From positions 30,001 to 62,000 of the forward strand of contig NZ_AP013043.1 of the NCBI RefSeq assembly GCF_016592615.1: 32,000 nt of DNA, read 5' to 3'. This DNA comes from Isorropodon fossajaponicum endosymbiont JTNG4. GTDB taxonomy: Bacteria; Pseudomonadota; Gammaproteobacteria; PS1; Pseudothioglobaceae. The notes beneath the pieces are model-generated. The model did not search any database and had not been told where the DNA came from. It was given only the letters and a program-made list of their open reading frames with translations. Made by a program: the position numbers and the translations under genes. Positions 8,423 through 17,629 of this stretch are shown here, piece by piece; position 1 is the first letter of the stretch; the number at the start of each line of letters is the position of its first letter.

Positions 8423-9898
8423 TTAATCAAACCATCCTTCATTTTCTCTTGCGGTCATGATAATACTCGATGCTATCCCGGTATCCATATCTTGAATATC
8501 GAGCAATTCATCGATAGATAACTCCGCTAAGTCATCAACAGTGACAATGTCTGCTTCAATTAATGCACTCGTCAAGCCTTCACTAACGCCTTCAACACTC
8601 ATTAATACCTCAGAAGCCTCAGCATCTCCCAAAGCCTGTACTAATTGTGCATCTGATGCGCGCTCTTGAAGTTCTTCAACCATTGATGTGTCAAACTCTT
8701 CTATACTTTCTAAAACTTGTGCATCTGCATCAACCAACTCATCCACACTGCCAAATCCTTCTTCAATCAATACGCCTGCCACTTCAGAATCAACGCCTAA
8801 TTGATCAGCAAGTTTGTCGCTAATTTTTAGCGTTTCCTGCGCTTGTTTTTCATCAGCTTGGGTTGTTGACATTACATTTAATTTCCAACCAGTCAAACGA
8901 GAAGCAAGCTTAATGTTTTGACCACCACGACCAATGGCTAATGCTAACTGGTCATTCTCAACTGCGATGTCCATTGAGTGTTTGTCTTCATCAACAATAA
9001 TTGAACTCACCTGCGCAGGTGCCATTGCATTAATCACAAATTGTGCATGATCTTCATCCCAAAGAATGATATCAACACGCTCAGCATTCAGCTCATTTGA
9101 TACCGCCTGAACACGCGCACCACGCATGCCAATGCAAGAACCAATGGGGTCTATGCGCTTGTCTTTGGCTCTGACTGCTAGTTTCGAGCGCAAACCTGGG
9201 TCTCTACTGCCGCCCATAATCTCAATCACGCCTTCAGAAATTTCAGGCACTTCCATTTTAAACAGTTCAATCATCATTTCAGGCACACTGCGCGATAGGA
9301 AAATTTGCGCACCACGAACAGAGGATTTCACCTCTTTAATATAGGCCCTTAAACGGTCATTTTTACGCACTGATTCATTAGGAATAAGGTCAAATTTAGG
9401 AATCATGCCATCAACACCGCCCATATCCACATAAACATTGCCTCTATCAACCCGCCTAACCGTAACCATAATCACCTCGCCAATACGAGAAGAATAATCA
9501 TTAACAATCACCTCTCTTTCTGCCTCACGAACCTTTTGGATAATCACTTGCTTAACAATTTGTGCTGCAATACGACCAAACTCTTGCGTTTCAATCGGCT
9601 TACGCACATAATCATCAACTGCTACACTGTTCGCCTCTTTTGCATAAATGTGCAATTCTGAATCAAACTCAGTGCCATCATCATCAACAAACGACTCGCC
9701 GTCTGCTATAACCATCCACTGCCTAAAGGTTAAAAATTCGCCCGTTTGTCTGTCAATTTCAACATGTGCATCAATATTATTGTGTTTTTTTGTCGCAATA
9801 GCTAATGCCTCTTCTAACGACTCAAGCACCTCTTCTTTAGAAATGTTTTTCTCGTTTGAAATTGCCTCAACCATTAAAAATAATTCTTTGCCGTCCAT
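8423..9898 (-). CDS. nusA: Transcription termination/antitermination factor NusA
   Basis: N-terminal domain, S1, two KH domains (IGRGGQNIKLASRLTGW) and acidic C-terminal repeats. Sits in the rimP-nusA-infB order. Confidence 0.97.
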   Translation of the reverse strand: MDGKELFLMVEAISNEKNISKEEVLESLEEALAIATKKHNNIDAHVEIDRQTGEFLTFRQWMVIADGESFVDDDGTEFDSELHIYAKEANSVAVDDYVRKPIETQEFGRIAAQIVKQVIIQKVREAEREVIVNDYSSRIGEVIMVTVRRVDRGNVYVDMGGVDGMIPKFDLIPNESVRKNDRLRAYIKEVKSSVRGAQIFLSRSVPEMMIELFKMEVPEISEGVIEIMGGSRDPGLRSKLAVRAKDKRIDPIGSCIGMRGARVQAVSNELNAERVDIILWDEDHAQFVINAMAPAQVSSIIVDEDKHSMDIAVENDQLALAIGRGGQNIKLASRLTGWKLNVMSTTQADEKQAQETLKISDKLADQLGVDSEVAGVLIEEGFGSVDELVDADAQVLESIEEFDTSMVEELQERASDAQLVQALGDAEASEVLMSVEGVSEGLTSALIEADIVTVDDLAELSIDELLDIQDMDTGIASSIIMTARENEGWFD

Positions 9899-9929
9899 GT
9901 CTTTATTCTCCTAAATTACCCAACTGGGC

Positions 9930-10391
9930 TTAAAAATCAACCACTAAATTTACTTTTTCAATCAGGTCAATATCCAAAATAACTGGACCTAATTCACCGA
10001 CCAGCTCAATTGTATTATCAACCTCACTAATACGACCAATCGAGCCAAAAAAATTACGTTGCCCATCAATCGGCCTAACCATACGCAACTTAACATCAGC
10101 ACCTAAAAAACGCTGATAATGCCCCTTATGGAACAATGGGCGTTCAATACCAGGCGATGAAACCTCCAAGGCATATTGGCCACTAATCGGCTCTTCGACA
10201 TCAAAAATACTACTCAATTGACGAGAGACTTTTTCACAATCATTAACACCAACGCCTTTATCTGTATCAATAAAAACCCTCAAGATACTATGTTTACCGC
10301 TAGCAACATATTCAATGCCCACCAACTCGTAGCCCATGTCCTTAATAACAGGCTCAATTAAATGGGTAATTTTGTCAGTCACCCTTGCCAT
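9930..10391 (-). CDS. rimP: Ribosome maturation factor RimP
   Basis: LIEPVIKDMGYELVGIEY...LRVFID...LEVSSPGIERPL motifs. Immediately upstream of nusA. Confidence 0.9.
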   Translation of the reverse strand: MARVTDKITHLIEPVIKDMGYELVGIEYVASGKHSILRVFIDTDKGVGVNDCEKVSRQLSSIFDVEEPISGQYALEVSSPGIERPLFHKGHYQRFLGADVKLRMVRPIDGQRNFFGSIGRISEVDNTIELVGELGPVILDIDLIEKVNLVVDF

Positions 10392-10424
10392 ATTTTTCTA
10401 CTCATTCGCCTTTCTGTGCATAAC

Positions 10425-10445
10425 AAAAACCCCCTAGAAAGGGGG
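10425..10445 (-). terminator. GC-stem hairpin plus U-run between tRNA-fMet and rimP (metY-type terminator/attenuator)
   Basis: Read on the minus strand: CCCCC-TTTCTA-GGGGG followed by TTTTTG. Same position as the partial terminator after metY in the E. coli metY-rimP-nusA-infB operon. Confidence 0.5.
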
Positions 10446-10492
10446 TCTTAATCAACTCTTTTATTAACAATAATAATAAAAAAGCGCTTAAC

Positions 10493-10569
<77 letters not shown>

Positions 10570-10605
10570 CTAAAGGGTGCAAATTATACACTATAATATT
10601 TCAAT

Positions 10606-11568
10606 ATGAAAAAAATAAAAATTGCCGTATTAATGGATGATATCAGCACTATTAATCCAAAAAAAGACTCCTCCTTAGCCATGATGTTAGAAGCATCAAA
10701 ACGAGGCTGGGAGATTTACACCTTTGATACTGCTGATTTGTTCGCTCAAGATGGTTCAGTATTTGCCGATTGTGCAAAAACCACAGTTAGAGATAATCTT
10801 GATCATTGGTTTGAAAAAGAAACCAATGTAGTCATGGTGCTTGATGAATTTGACGTTATTTTAATGCGCAAGGACCCGCCCTTTGATATGACCTATATTT
10901 ACAGCACTTATTTATTGGAGCAAGCTGAAAATAAAGGCGTATTAGTCGTTAATAAGCCCCAATCCTTGCGCGATGCCAATGAGAAATTATTTGCCCTTAA
11001 TTTCCCACATTGTATGCCCAAAACACTAGTCAGTGCTAACCAAAGCAAGATTAAAGCTTTTATCAAAACGCAAAATACTGCTGTCATTAAACCGCTTGAT
11101 GGCATGGGTGGGCGTGATATTTTCAAATTTGAAACGCATGATACAACCATAGATGCCGTATTAAAACGCCTAACAAACAACGGCAAGTGCCCAATCATGG
11201 CTCAAGCGTTTTTGCCCGATATTGACAAGGGTGACAAACGTATTTTGTTGATTAATGGCAAACCAGTCGATTATGCACTTGCTCGCATTCCTGCTAAGGG
11301 TAGTTTTAAAGGCAATCTTGCTGCTGGTGCTAAAGGTGTGGGACAGCCATTAAGTGATAGAGACAGATATCTATGCGAACAAATCACGCCCACACTTAAA
11401 GCCAAAGGCTTAATATTTGTTGGGCTAGACGTTATTGGTGATTACATTACTGAAATTAACGTTACTAGTCCGACTTGTATTCGCGAGCTAGATGCGCAAT
11501 TTAACCTTAATATCGTAGGTGAATTGTTTGACGTTATTGAACAAAAAATTAGCGCTAATCGCTACTAA
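10606..11568 (+). CDS. gshB: Glutathione synthetase
   Basis: IAVLMDDISTINPKKDSSLAMMLEA N-terminus and ATP-grasp C-terminal half, typical of GshB. 320 aa. Confidence 0.93.
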   Translation: MKKIKIAVLMDDISTINPKKDSSLAMMLEASKRGWEIYTFDTADLFAQDGSVFADCAKTTVRDNLDHWFEKETNVVMVLDEFDVILMRKDPPFDMTYIYSTYLLEQAENKGVLVVNKPQSLRDANEKLFALNFPHCMPKTLVSANQSKIKAFIKTQNTAVIKPLDGMGGRDIFKFETHDTTIDAVLKRLTNNGKCPIMAQAFLPDIDKGDKRILLINGKPVDYALARIPAKGSFKGNLAAGAKGVGQPLSDRDRYLCEQITPTLKAKGLIFVGLDVIGDYITEINVTSPTCIRELDAQFNLNIVGELFDVIEQKISANRY

Positions 11569-11957
11569 GGAATCAACAAATATCGAGTCAATACCACACC
11601 CATACCAGCAGCAGATAGAGATAGAGCAACGTTAAGCAGGATATTAAGCCCCGCTTGTCTATAATGCCCAAGACTAACCATTTCAATAGATTCCCAAGAT
11701 AGGGTTGACATGGTTGTTAGCGATCCAGTTAAGCCAATCAACAACATCAACCGATATGCTTCATGTAAAGTAGCTTTTTCAAGCACAATCACCACCAACA
11801 TGCCTGCCAAAAACGAGCCCAAGACATTCACGCCTAAAGTACCATAAGGGAAACCTAAACCAAATGTGGCGTTCATTAACTGAGTTAAGTAATAACGCAT
11901 ACTAGCACCAATAGTTGCACCGATACCAATTGCTAGAACTGTGGGAAAAACACTCAT
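11565..11957 (-). CDS. crcB: Fluoride ion channel CrcB/FluC
   Basis: 130-aa four-TM protein with G.GA..R and FPYGTLGVNVLGSFLAG motifs. Confidence 0.85.
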   Translation of the reverse strand: MSVFPTVLAIGIGATIGASMRYYLTQLMNATFGLGFPYGTLGVNVLGSFLAGMLVVIVLEKATLHEAYRLMLLIGLTGSLTTMSTLSWESIEMVSLGHYRQAGLNILLNVALSLSAAGMGVVLTRYLLIP

Positions 11958-13207
11958 TACAAACCTCTTAGTTGTTTCAATTTTTCACCAATTTTAATCT
12001 CTAAACCTCGATTGCTAGGCTGATAATAAGTTTGTTCGCCCAATTCACTGGGAAAATAGGTCTGCCCACGTGCAAATGCATCAGGCTCATCATGTGCATA
12101 GCGATACTTTTTTCCATAGCCCAATTCATCCATCAACTGAGTCGGTGCATTGCACAAATGTTTTGGTACAGATAAATCTGGTGTTTCTTTGGCCTCAGCC
12201 ATCGCTTGGTTAAATGCTTTATACACGGCATTAGATTTGGGCGCAACTGCACAATACACCACAGCTTGAGCAATAGCTCGATTGCCTTCTTTAGCGCCCA
12301 CACGTGCAAATATACCCCAAGCATTTAGCGTAATTTCTAGCGCACGTGGATCAGCATTGCCAATGTCTTCTGAGGCAATTGCCAACAAGCGTCTGGCAAT
12401 CGTTTTTGCATCGCACCCAGCAACCAACATTCTTGCCATCCAATACAAAGCCCCATCAGGAGACGAGCCACGTACTGATTTATGAAAAGCAGATAATTGT
12501 TGATAAAAAATATCACCACCTTTATCAAAGATACTGATCTTATCTTGTAATAATTGATTGAGCGATTCAGCATTCAATGGGGTTAATCCCGACAAAGAAA
12601 TTTGCTCTACAATATTAATCAACCGCCGTGCATCACCATTACTTGCACTAATAATTTGCATTCTAAGTGCCTCATCTGGTGGAGTTAATAACTCATGCTT
12701 GAACGCTCTTTGTAATATTTGATCAAGCTCCTGTGCGTTCAACACACTTAGTGTATAAACACTTAAACGTGAAAGTAACGCTTTATTAATTTCAAAAGAA
12801 GGATTTTCAGTCGTTGTCCCAATCAGCACCAATAAACCTGATTCAATATGTGGTAAAAATCCATCTTGCTGGGCTTTATTAAAGCGATGAATCTCATCCA
12901 CAAATAGTAGTGTTTGTTTGCCGATTTGCTGGAATTTTTTAGCATTTTCAACCACTGCTCGTAATTCTTTCACGCCATCTAATACGGCACTTAATTGCTC
13001 AAAATGTCCTTTAACTTGACTGGCAATAATCCTTGCTAAAGTGGTTTTGCCTGTACCTGATGGCCCCCATAAAATCATTGAGTGCAATCGTTGGCTATCA
13101 ATCGCTTGGCGAAATGGATGTTGGGTATTGAGTAAATGTGATTGGCCAAAAAAATCATCTAAGCTTTTTGGTCTTAACGTTTCAGCAAGTGGTCTATGGT
13201 TAGGCAT
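11957..13207 (-). CDS. rarA: Replication-associated recombination protein A (AAA+ ATPase)
   Basis: [21 protein letters not shown], Walker [24 protein letters not shown], and the MgsA C-terminal domain. Confidence 0.93.
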   Translation of the reverse strand: MPNHRPLAETLRPKSLDDFFGQSHLLNTQHPFRQAIDSQRLHSMILWGPSGTGKTTLARIIASQVKGHFEQLSAVLDGVKELRAVVENAKKFQQIGKQTLLFVDEIHRFNKAQQDGFLPHIESGLLVLIGTTTENPSFEINKALLSRLSVYTLSVLNAQELDQILQRAFKHELLTPPDEALRMQIISASNGDARRLINIVEQISLSGLTPLNAESLNQLLQDKISIFDKGGDIFYQQLSAFHKSVRGSSPDGALYWMARMLVAGCDAKTIARRLLAIASEDIGNADPRALEITLNAWGIFARVGAKEGNRAIAQAVVYCAVAPKSNAVYKAFNQAMAEAKETPDLSVPKHLCNAPTQLMDELGYGKKYRYAHDEPDAFARGQTYFPSELGEQTYYQPSNRGLEIKIGEKLKQLRGL

Positions 13208-13273
13208 GTTTTTATTTTAATCAATTAGAAAATAAACACTGGCAATTTTCAGTGTAAATACTCAAGCATTGTT

Positions 13274-14200
13274 TCAATGAATTTTCAGCACTTTGAAATC
13301 ATGCTGTTGGCTCAAAATAAGCACCACTGACAAATTAAGTTGTTGTGCTAATATTTTAGCCTTTTGACTGCCCATTGCCATCATTGCAGTTGCATAAGCA
13401 TCTGCCATCATAGTACTGTTGTGAATCACACTAACAGAACTTAGGTCGGTATTAGCGGGCAGACCTGTGTGGGGGTTTAGAATGTGTTGATATTTTTTGC
13501 CCTGCCATTTGAGATAATTGCGATAATCTCCTGAGGTGGCAATAGCTTGATTTTTCAATTCAATGGCAATCGGTATGCTATGATTTGGCTTTTCAATGCC
13601 AATTGTCCACTGGCTTTGAGCCATCACCTCGCCACCAATTTCCACCATAAAATTTTTAAGCCCTTGCTTGATTAACATATTTGCCACTATATCCACACCA
13701 TAGCCCTTAACAATGGCAGATAAATTAATATGCATATCTTTAAGTTTTTTAACCCGTGAATTACTCAAGCGTAAATACTCAATAGATGACATTGCCAACG
13801 CTTGAGTTATCTTCTCTCGACTGGGTTTCTCCTGTACTTTGATTGCACCAAAACCCCAAACATTAATTAAACGACCCATGCCAGAATCAAAAAAACCTTG
13901 CGTTTGCTTGTGTATTTTTTTTGCCTGACTTAAAACAAAAAACAACTCATCTGATACCTTTATCCATTGATTAATCGGTGCTTTGTTCAATTGTGAAAGC
14001 TCAGAGGCTTCATTCCAAGTGGAAAATACTTGTTCAATCTCACTAAGACGTTTATCAATGATTGACTTTAAAACATGATGATTGTTGATTTTGATACTAT
14101 AACTAGTACCCATTGTAGTGCCAGTGATGGTTTGTGTTGTGTCATCAACACTGCAAGCACTTAAAAACAAAAAGATAAAAATTATCAACAATTTAGGCAT
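13274..14200 (-). CDS. apbE: FAD:protein FMN transferase (ApbE family lipoprotein)
   Basis: Lipobox FLSACS; ApbE motifs TSGDYRNY...HILNPHTGLP...ADAYATA. Confidence 0.88.
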   Translation of the reverse strand: MPKLLIIFIFLFLSACSVDDTTQTITGTTMGTSYSIKINNHHVLKSIIDKRLSEIEQVFSTWNEASELSQLNKAPINQWIKVSDELFFVLSQAKKIHKQTQGFFDSGMGRLINVWGFGAIKVQEKPSREKITQALAMSSIEYLRLSNSRVKKLKDMHINLSAIVKGYGVDIVANMLIKQGLKNFMVEIGGEVMAQSQWTIGIEKPNHSIPIAIELKNQAIATSGDYRNYLKWQGKKYQHILNPHTGLPANTDLSSVSVIHNSTMMADAYATAMMAMGSQKAKILAQQLNLSVVLILSQQHDFKVLKIH

Positions 14201-14212
14201 TATAATTTTGGC

Positions 14213-15373
14213 GTGTTAAGATTTATTTTTTATTTGCTATTGACATCCTTTGTATATGCAGATGATACCCAAGGCTCATCCAACACGCATAGTTTTGTAC
14301 AATTCTTAAGCGATATTCGCTCGCAAGCCACACTTAATGATGCTTTTAATGATTTAACGCCAAATCCAAAAGTATTAGAATATGACCGTAATCAAGCAGA
14401 ATTTAATCTTAATTTTTGGCGTTACCTAAACTCAAGAGTGAGTCAAAATAGGCTTGATAAAGGTGTGATAAAACTCCAACAACACCAACAATTCCTACAA
14501 GAAAACTATAAAAAATACGGCATGCCATCGCAAATTATTGTGGCTTTTTGGGGTTTGGAAACCAATTATGGTAAAAATGTTGGCAAAATGCATCTAATCC
14601 GCTCACTTGCCACACTAAGTTTTGACAAGCGCCGACGTGAGTTTTTTACCCATGAATTATTAACTTTACTCAAATTAATTGACGAAGGAAAACTACCTTT
14701 AAATGCCCAGGGCTCTTGGGCAGGCGCAATGGGCAATATGCAATTTATACCCACCAATGTTGCCGCTTATGTCATAGATGCTAACACTGACGGAAAGATT
14801 GATTTGTGGCACACACAAGCGGATATTTTTGCCAGTGCGGCACATTTTCTAAAAAAAATTGGTTGGCACCAAGGAGAACGCTGGGGTCGTGAAGTTAACA
14901 TTCCTAAAACTTTTAATTATCATCTGGCGAATTTAAGCACTAAAAAGACAGTCAATGAATGGCAAACATTAGGTGTGCGTACAATTGATGACACCAATCT
15001 ACCCAATTCAAACATGCAAGCTTCACTCATATTGCCTATGGGTTATAACGGCCCAGCGTTTTTGGTTTATCAAAATTTTCACGCCATTCTTAGGTGGAAT
15101 CGCTCAATTTTGTATGCACTATCTGTGGGACATTTGTCTGATCGTTTAATCGGGGCAAGCCAATTATTTGCAAAATCTATTACCGAGCCTTCACTGAGTC
15201 GAGATGATATTAAACAAATTCAAACCACACTCAACCAACTTGGCTTTGATACAGGCGAACCTGATGGCATACCAGGGCCAAAAACTCGCCATGCAACGCG
15301 AGCCTACCAAAAAGCAAACAACTTACCAATTGATGGCTACGTTGGCTATCAATTATTACAACAACTGCAGTGA
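14213..15373 (+). CDS. Lytic murein transglycosylase (MltB-like) with C-terminal peptidoglycan-binding domain
   Basis: Signal peptide; WGLETNYG and GAMGNMQFIP catalytic-region motifs. C-terminal PG_binding_1-like repeat (LGFDTGEPDGIPGPKTRHATRAYQ). GTG start. Confidence 0.85.
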   Translation: MLRFIFYLLLTSFVYADDTQGSSNTHSFVQFLSDIRSQATLNDAFNDLTPNPKVLEYDRNQAEFNLNFWRYLNSRVSQNRLDKGVIKLQQHQQFLQENYKKYGMPSQIIVAFWGLETNYGKNVGKMHLIRSLATLSFDKRRREFFTHELLTLLKLIDEGKLPLNAQGSWAGAMGNMQFIPTNVAAYVIDANTDGKIDLWHTQADIFASAAHFLKKIGWHQGERWGREVNIPKTFNYHLANLSTKKTVNEWQTLGVRTIDDTNLPNSNMQASLILPMGYNGPAFLVYQNFHAILRWNRSILYALSVGHLSDRLIGASQLFAKSITEPSLSRDDIKQIQTTLNQLGFDTGEPDGIPGPKTRHATRAYQKANNLPIDGYVGYQLLQQLQ

Positions 15374-15798
15374 GTATTAGCACTTACTTGGGATTTGATG
15401 TTGGCACTAAGCGCACTGGCGTTGCAATCGCCAATAGTTTAACCATGCAAGCAACGGGCATTAAGGTGATTAAACACCATAAAAATGGCTCAACCAATTG
15501 GGTAGCGTTTGATGAAGTTATTAGTGCTCATAGTATTAACAAGTTCGTTGTTGGTTTGCCATTTGACCAGCAAGGCAAAGAACAAACCATGACTTTTATT
15601 GCCAAATCATTTGGCAATAAGTTAAAAAATCGCTACCAAATTGAAGTCGATTTTATCGATGAATATTTATCCTCAAATGAAGCCAAAAAACTTTTAAAAT
15701 ACAATCATCATCATCACAATGCACAACGTGGCGATGTCGACAAACAATCATCACAGTTAATATTACAAACATGGCTCAATGAAAAAAGATTTGATTAG
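15370..15798 (+). CDS. ruvX: Putative pre-16S rRNA nuclease / Holliday-junction-resolvase-like protein RuvX (YqgF)
   Basis: LGFDVGTKRTGVAIAN N-terminal motif, about 140 aa. GTG start overlaps the upstream stop (GTGA). Confidence 0.88.
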   Translation: MSISTYLGFDVGTKRTGVAIANSLTMQATGIKVIKHHKNGSTNWVAFDEVISAHSINKFVVGLPFDQQGKEQTMTFIAKSFGNKLKNRYQIEVDFIDEYLSSNEAKKLLKYNHHHHNAQRGDVDKQSSQLILQTWLNEKRFD

Positions 15799-16741
15799 TA
15801 ACCACATCCAACTAGATGACTCCGGTAAATTAATTCATCTACTAGGTCTCGAAGGTCTTTCTAAACAACACTTAACTCACATTCTTGATACGGCTGATAG
15901 TCTGATTGACGTCTCTGGCAATTTAAAGAAATCCAAAGCACTAGATGATATGTCCATTGCTAATTTATTTTTTGAGCCATCAACACGTACGCGTAACACA
16001 TTCGAGATTGCCGCAATGCGCAGTAGTGCCAATGTCATTAACGTTGACCTTGCCAACTCAGCGCTCAAAAAAAATGAAGATTTGCTTGACACCATGCGCA
16101 CACTTAAAGCCATGCAAATTGATATGTTTGTGATTCGCCACAAACAAAATGGCCTGCCACACCACGTGGCACAATATTTAAAAGATGTCTCTATTCTAAA
16201 CGCAGGTGATGGCATTAATGCCCACCCAACCCAAGCACTGCTTGATATGCTCAGCATTCGCCAATACAAAAAAACATTTGAGGATTTATCAGTCGTTATT
16301 GTGGGTGATATCACTCATTCACGGGTTGCTCACTCTGATATTCAAGCGCTTAAAACACTAGGCACGACTGATATCCGCCTCATTGCCCCAAAAGTCTTAC
16401 AATATGATTTGGCACCTTGTTCAGCAGTTAAACATTTTGATGATATTGAGCTGGGACTTAAAGATTGCGATGTGGTAATCGTATTAAGATTACAAAAAGA
16501 GCGCATGATTGAAGCCGACATCCCCAACGAGCAAGAGTATTTTGACAATTTTGGACTCACACCAAAACGCCTAGCGTTGGCAAAACCAGATGCCATTGTG
16601 ATGCATCCAGGCCCAATTAATCGTGGTGTTGAGATTGACTCAAACGTGGCTGATGGTAATCAATCAATTATCTTACAACAAGTTACTAATGGCATTGCAG
16701 TACGTATGGCAGTCATGCAAATTCTTGCTAACAAACCATGA
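15779..16741 (+). CDS. pyrB: Aspartate carbamoyltransferase catalytic subunit
   Basis: FFEPSTRTR, HPTQALLD and HPGP motifs. 320 aa. Confidence 0.95.
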   Translation: MKKDLISNHIQLDDSGKLIHLLGLEGLSKQHLTHILDTADSLIDVSGNLKKSKALDDMSIANLFFEPSTRTRNTFEIAAMRSSANVINVDLANSALKKNEDLLDTMRTLKAMQIDMFVIRHKQNGLPHHVAQYLKDVSILNAGDGINAHPTQALLDMLSIRQYKKTFEDLSVVIVGDITHSRVAHSDIQALKTLGTTDIRLIAPKVLQYDLAPCSAVKHFDDIELGLKDCDVVIVLRLQKERMIEADIPNEQEYFDNFGLTPKRLALAKPDAIVMHPGPINRGVEIDSNVADGNQSIILQQVTNGIAVRMAVMQILANKP

Positions 16742-17289
16742 GTAATAAACTTAACTTTGATCAATTAAAAACCACGTTGTATCATCTAAATACAGATGAT
16801 ACCATCTCTAGCGCGCATGGTATTTTATGTGGCCTTGCTTGCGTCAAGCTTGACCTTAGTCTTGACCTTAGTCTTGATGATTGGCTTAATGAAGTGCTGG
16901 TGAGTATTGATTTAAATAATCTTAATGAAAAATCTGCTCATGAAGCATCGGCACAAATTTTTAATAAAACCTTGTCACAACTGAGTGATGAAACCCTAGA
17001 TTTTCAATTACTCATTGCTGATGACGAGGAAAAATTAGGCGCACAAGCCAGCACGCTAATACAGTGGTGTCAGGGTTATTTATCAGGCTTAGGCTTGCAA
17101 AAAGTCTCAACCACAGATGAAGATGCCTTAGAAATGATTAAGGATTTGTACGAAATATCAAGACTTGATACTAACTTACTTGACAATGAGAGAAATGCCC
17201 AAGATCTGAATGAAATTATTGAATTTGTGCGCATGGGGTACATTGCTGATTCAAGAAACTCTCTAGCCTTTCAAACAAGACTACACTAG
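16738..17289 (+). CDS. UPF0149 (YgfB/YecA-N) family protein
   Basis: HGILCGLAC..., QWCQGYLSGLG and EIIEFVR motifs as in E. coli YgfB. The C-terminus ends ...RLH, like YgfB's ...TLH, so the gene looks intact. ATGA overlap with pyrB. Confidence 0.75.
   Translation: MSNKLNFDQLKTTLYHLNTDDTISSAHGILCGLACVKLDLSLDLSLDDWLNEVLVSIDLNNLNEKSAHEASAQIFNKTLSQLSDETLDFQLLIADDEEKLGAQASTLIQWCQGYLSGLGLQKVSTTDEDALEMIKDLYEISRLDTNLLDNERNAQDLNEIIEFVRMGYIADSRNSLAFQTRLH
16849..16878 (+). repeat. In-frame 12-bp tandem duplication (cttgaccttagt x2 plus a partial third copy)
   Basis: Direct reading of the sequence. Encodes LDLSLDLSLD inside the UPF0149 gene. Confidence 0.8.
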
Positions 17290-17381
17290 TCGAGAAACAC
17301 AAAGAAGTCTTAGGGGTGTTTAATACCCCAATTTTCCATACAACTCTAAAGTAGAGGCTTGACTTGTTTACAGTCATCTTA

Positions 17382-17564
17382 TCACGCCACCTTTGCCCTA
17401 GGTGGTATGCCACCTAGGGCAAAGTGCGGTCGTTCGTTATTATAAACCCATAACCACTGTGTGGTTGCATCTTGTGCTTGCTCAACAGAATCAAACAAAT
17501 GCAGATCTAAACACTCTTGTCTTACTGTACGGTTAAATCTCTCAATGTAGGCATTTTGAGTTGG
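17382..17564 (-). pseudogene. 3' stump (last 60 codons) of a second, different IS3-family / rve-integrase transposase
   Basis: Minus strand reads PTQNAYIERFNRTVRQECLDLHLFDSVEQAQDATTQWLWVYNNERPHFALGGIPPRAKVA*. This is the canonical C-terminal end of a DDE (rve) transposase. It is cut off exactly at the left end of the neighbouring IS (17565). Positions 17290-17381 probably hold the matching IS terminus, but the end cannot be defined from one copy. Confidence 0.7.
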
Positions 17565-17629
17565 TGCAATAGTCTAATTTTATTGGACACAAAGATAGCC
17601 TTATAATACAAACCATAAGGAGGTCAGTA

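Noticed and set aside
15703-15717. His-run (HHHH) near the RuvX C-terminus
   Set aside because: It is a short natural histidine run in a variable C-terminal tail, with no sign of vector or tag sequence around it.
15877-16596. Antisense ORFs inside pyrB (15877..16314 and 16342..16596, plus 15945..16133 in another plus frame)
   Set aside because: These are shadow frames within a full-length, highly conserved pyrB.
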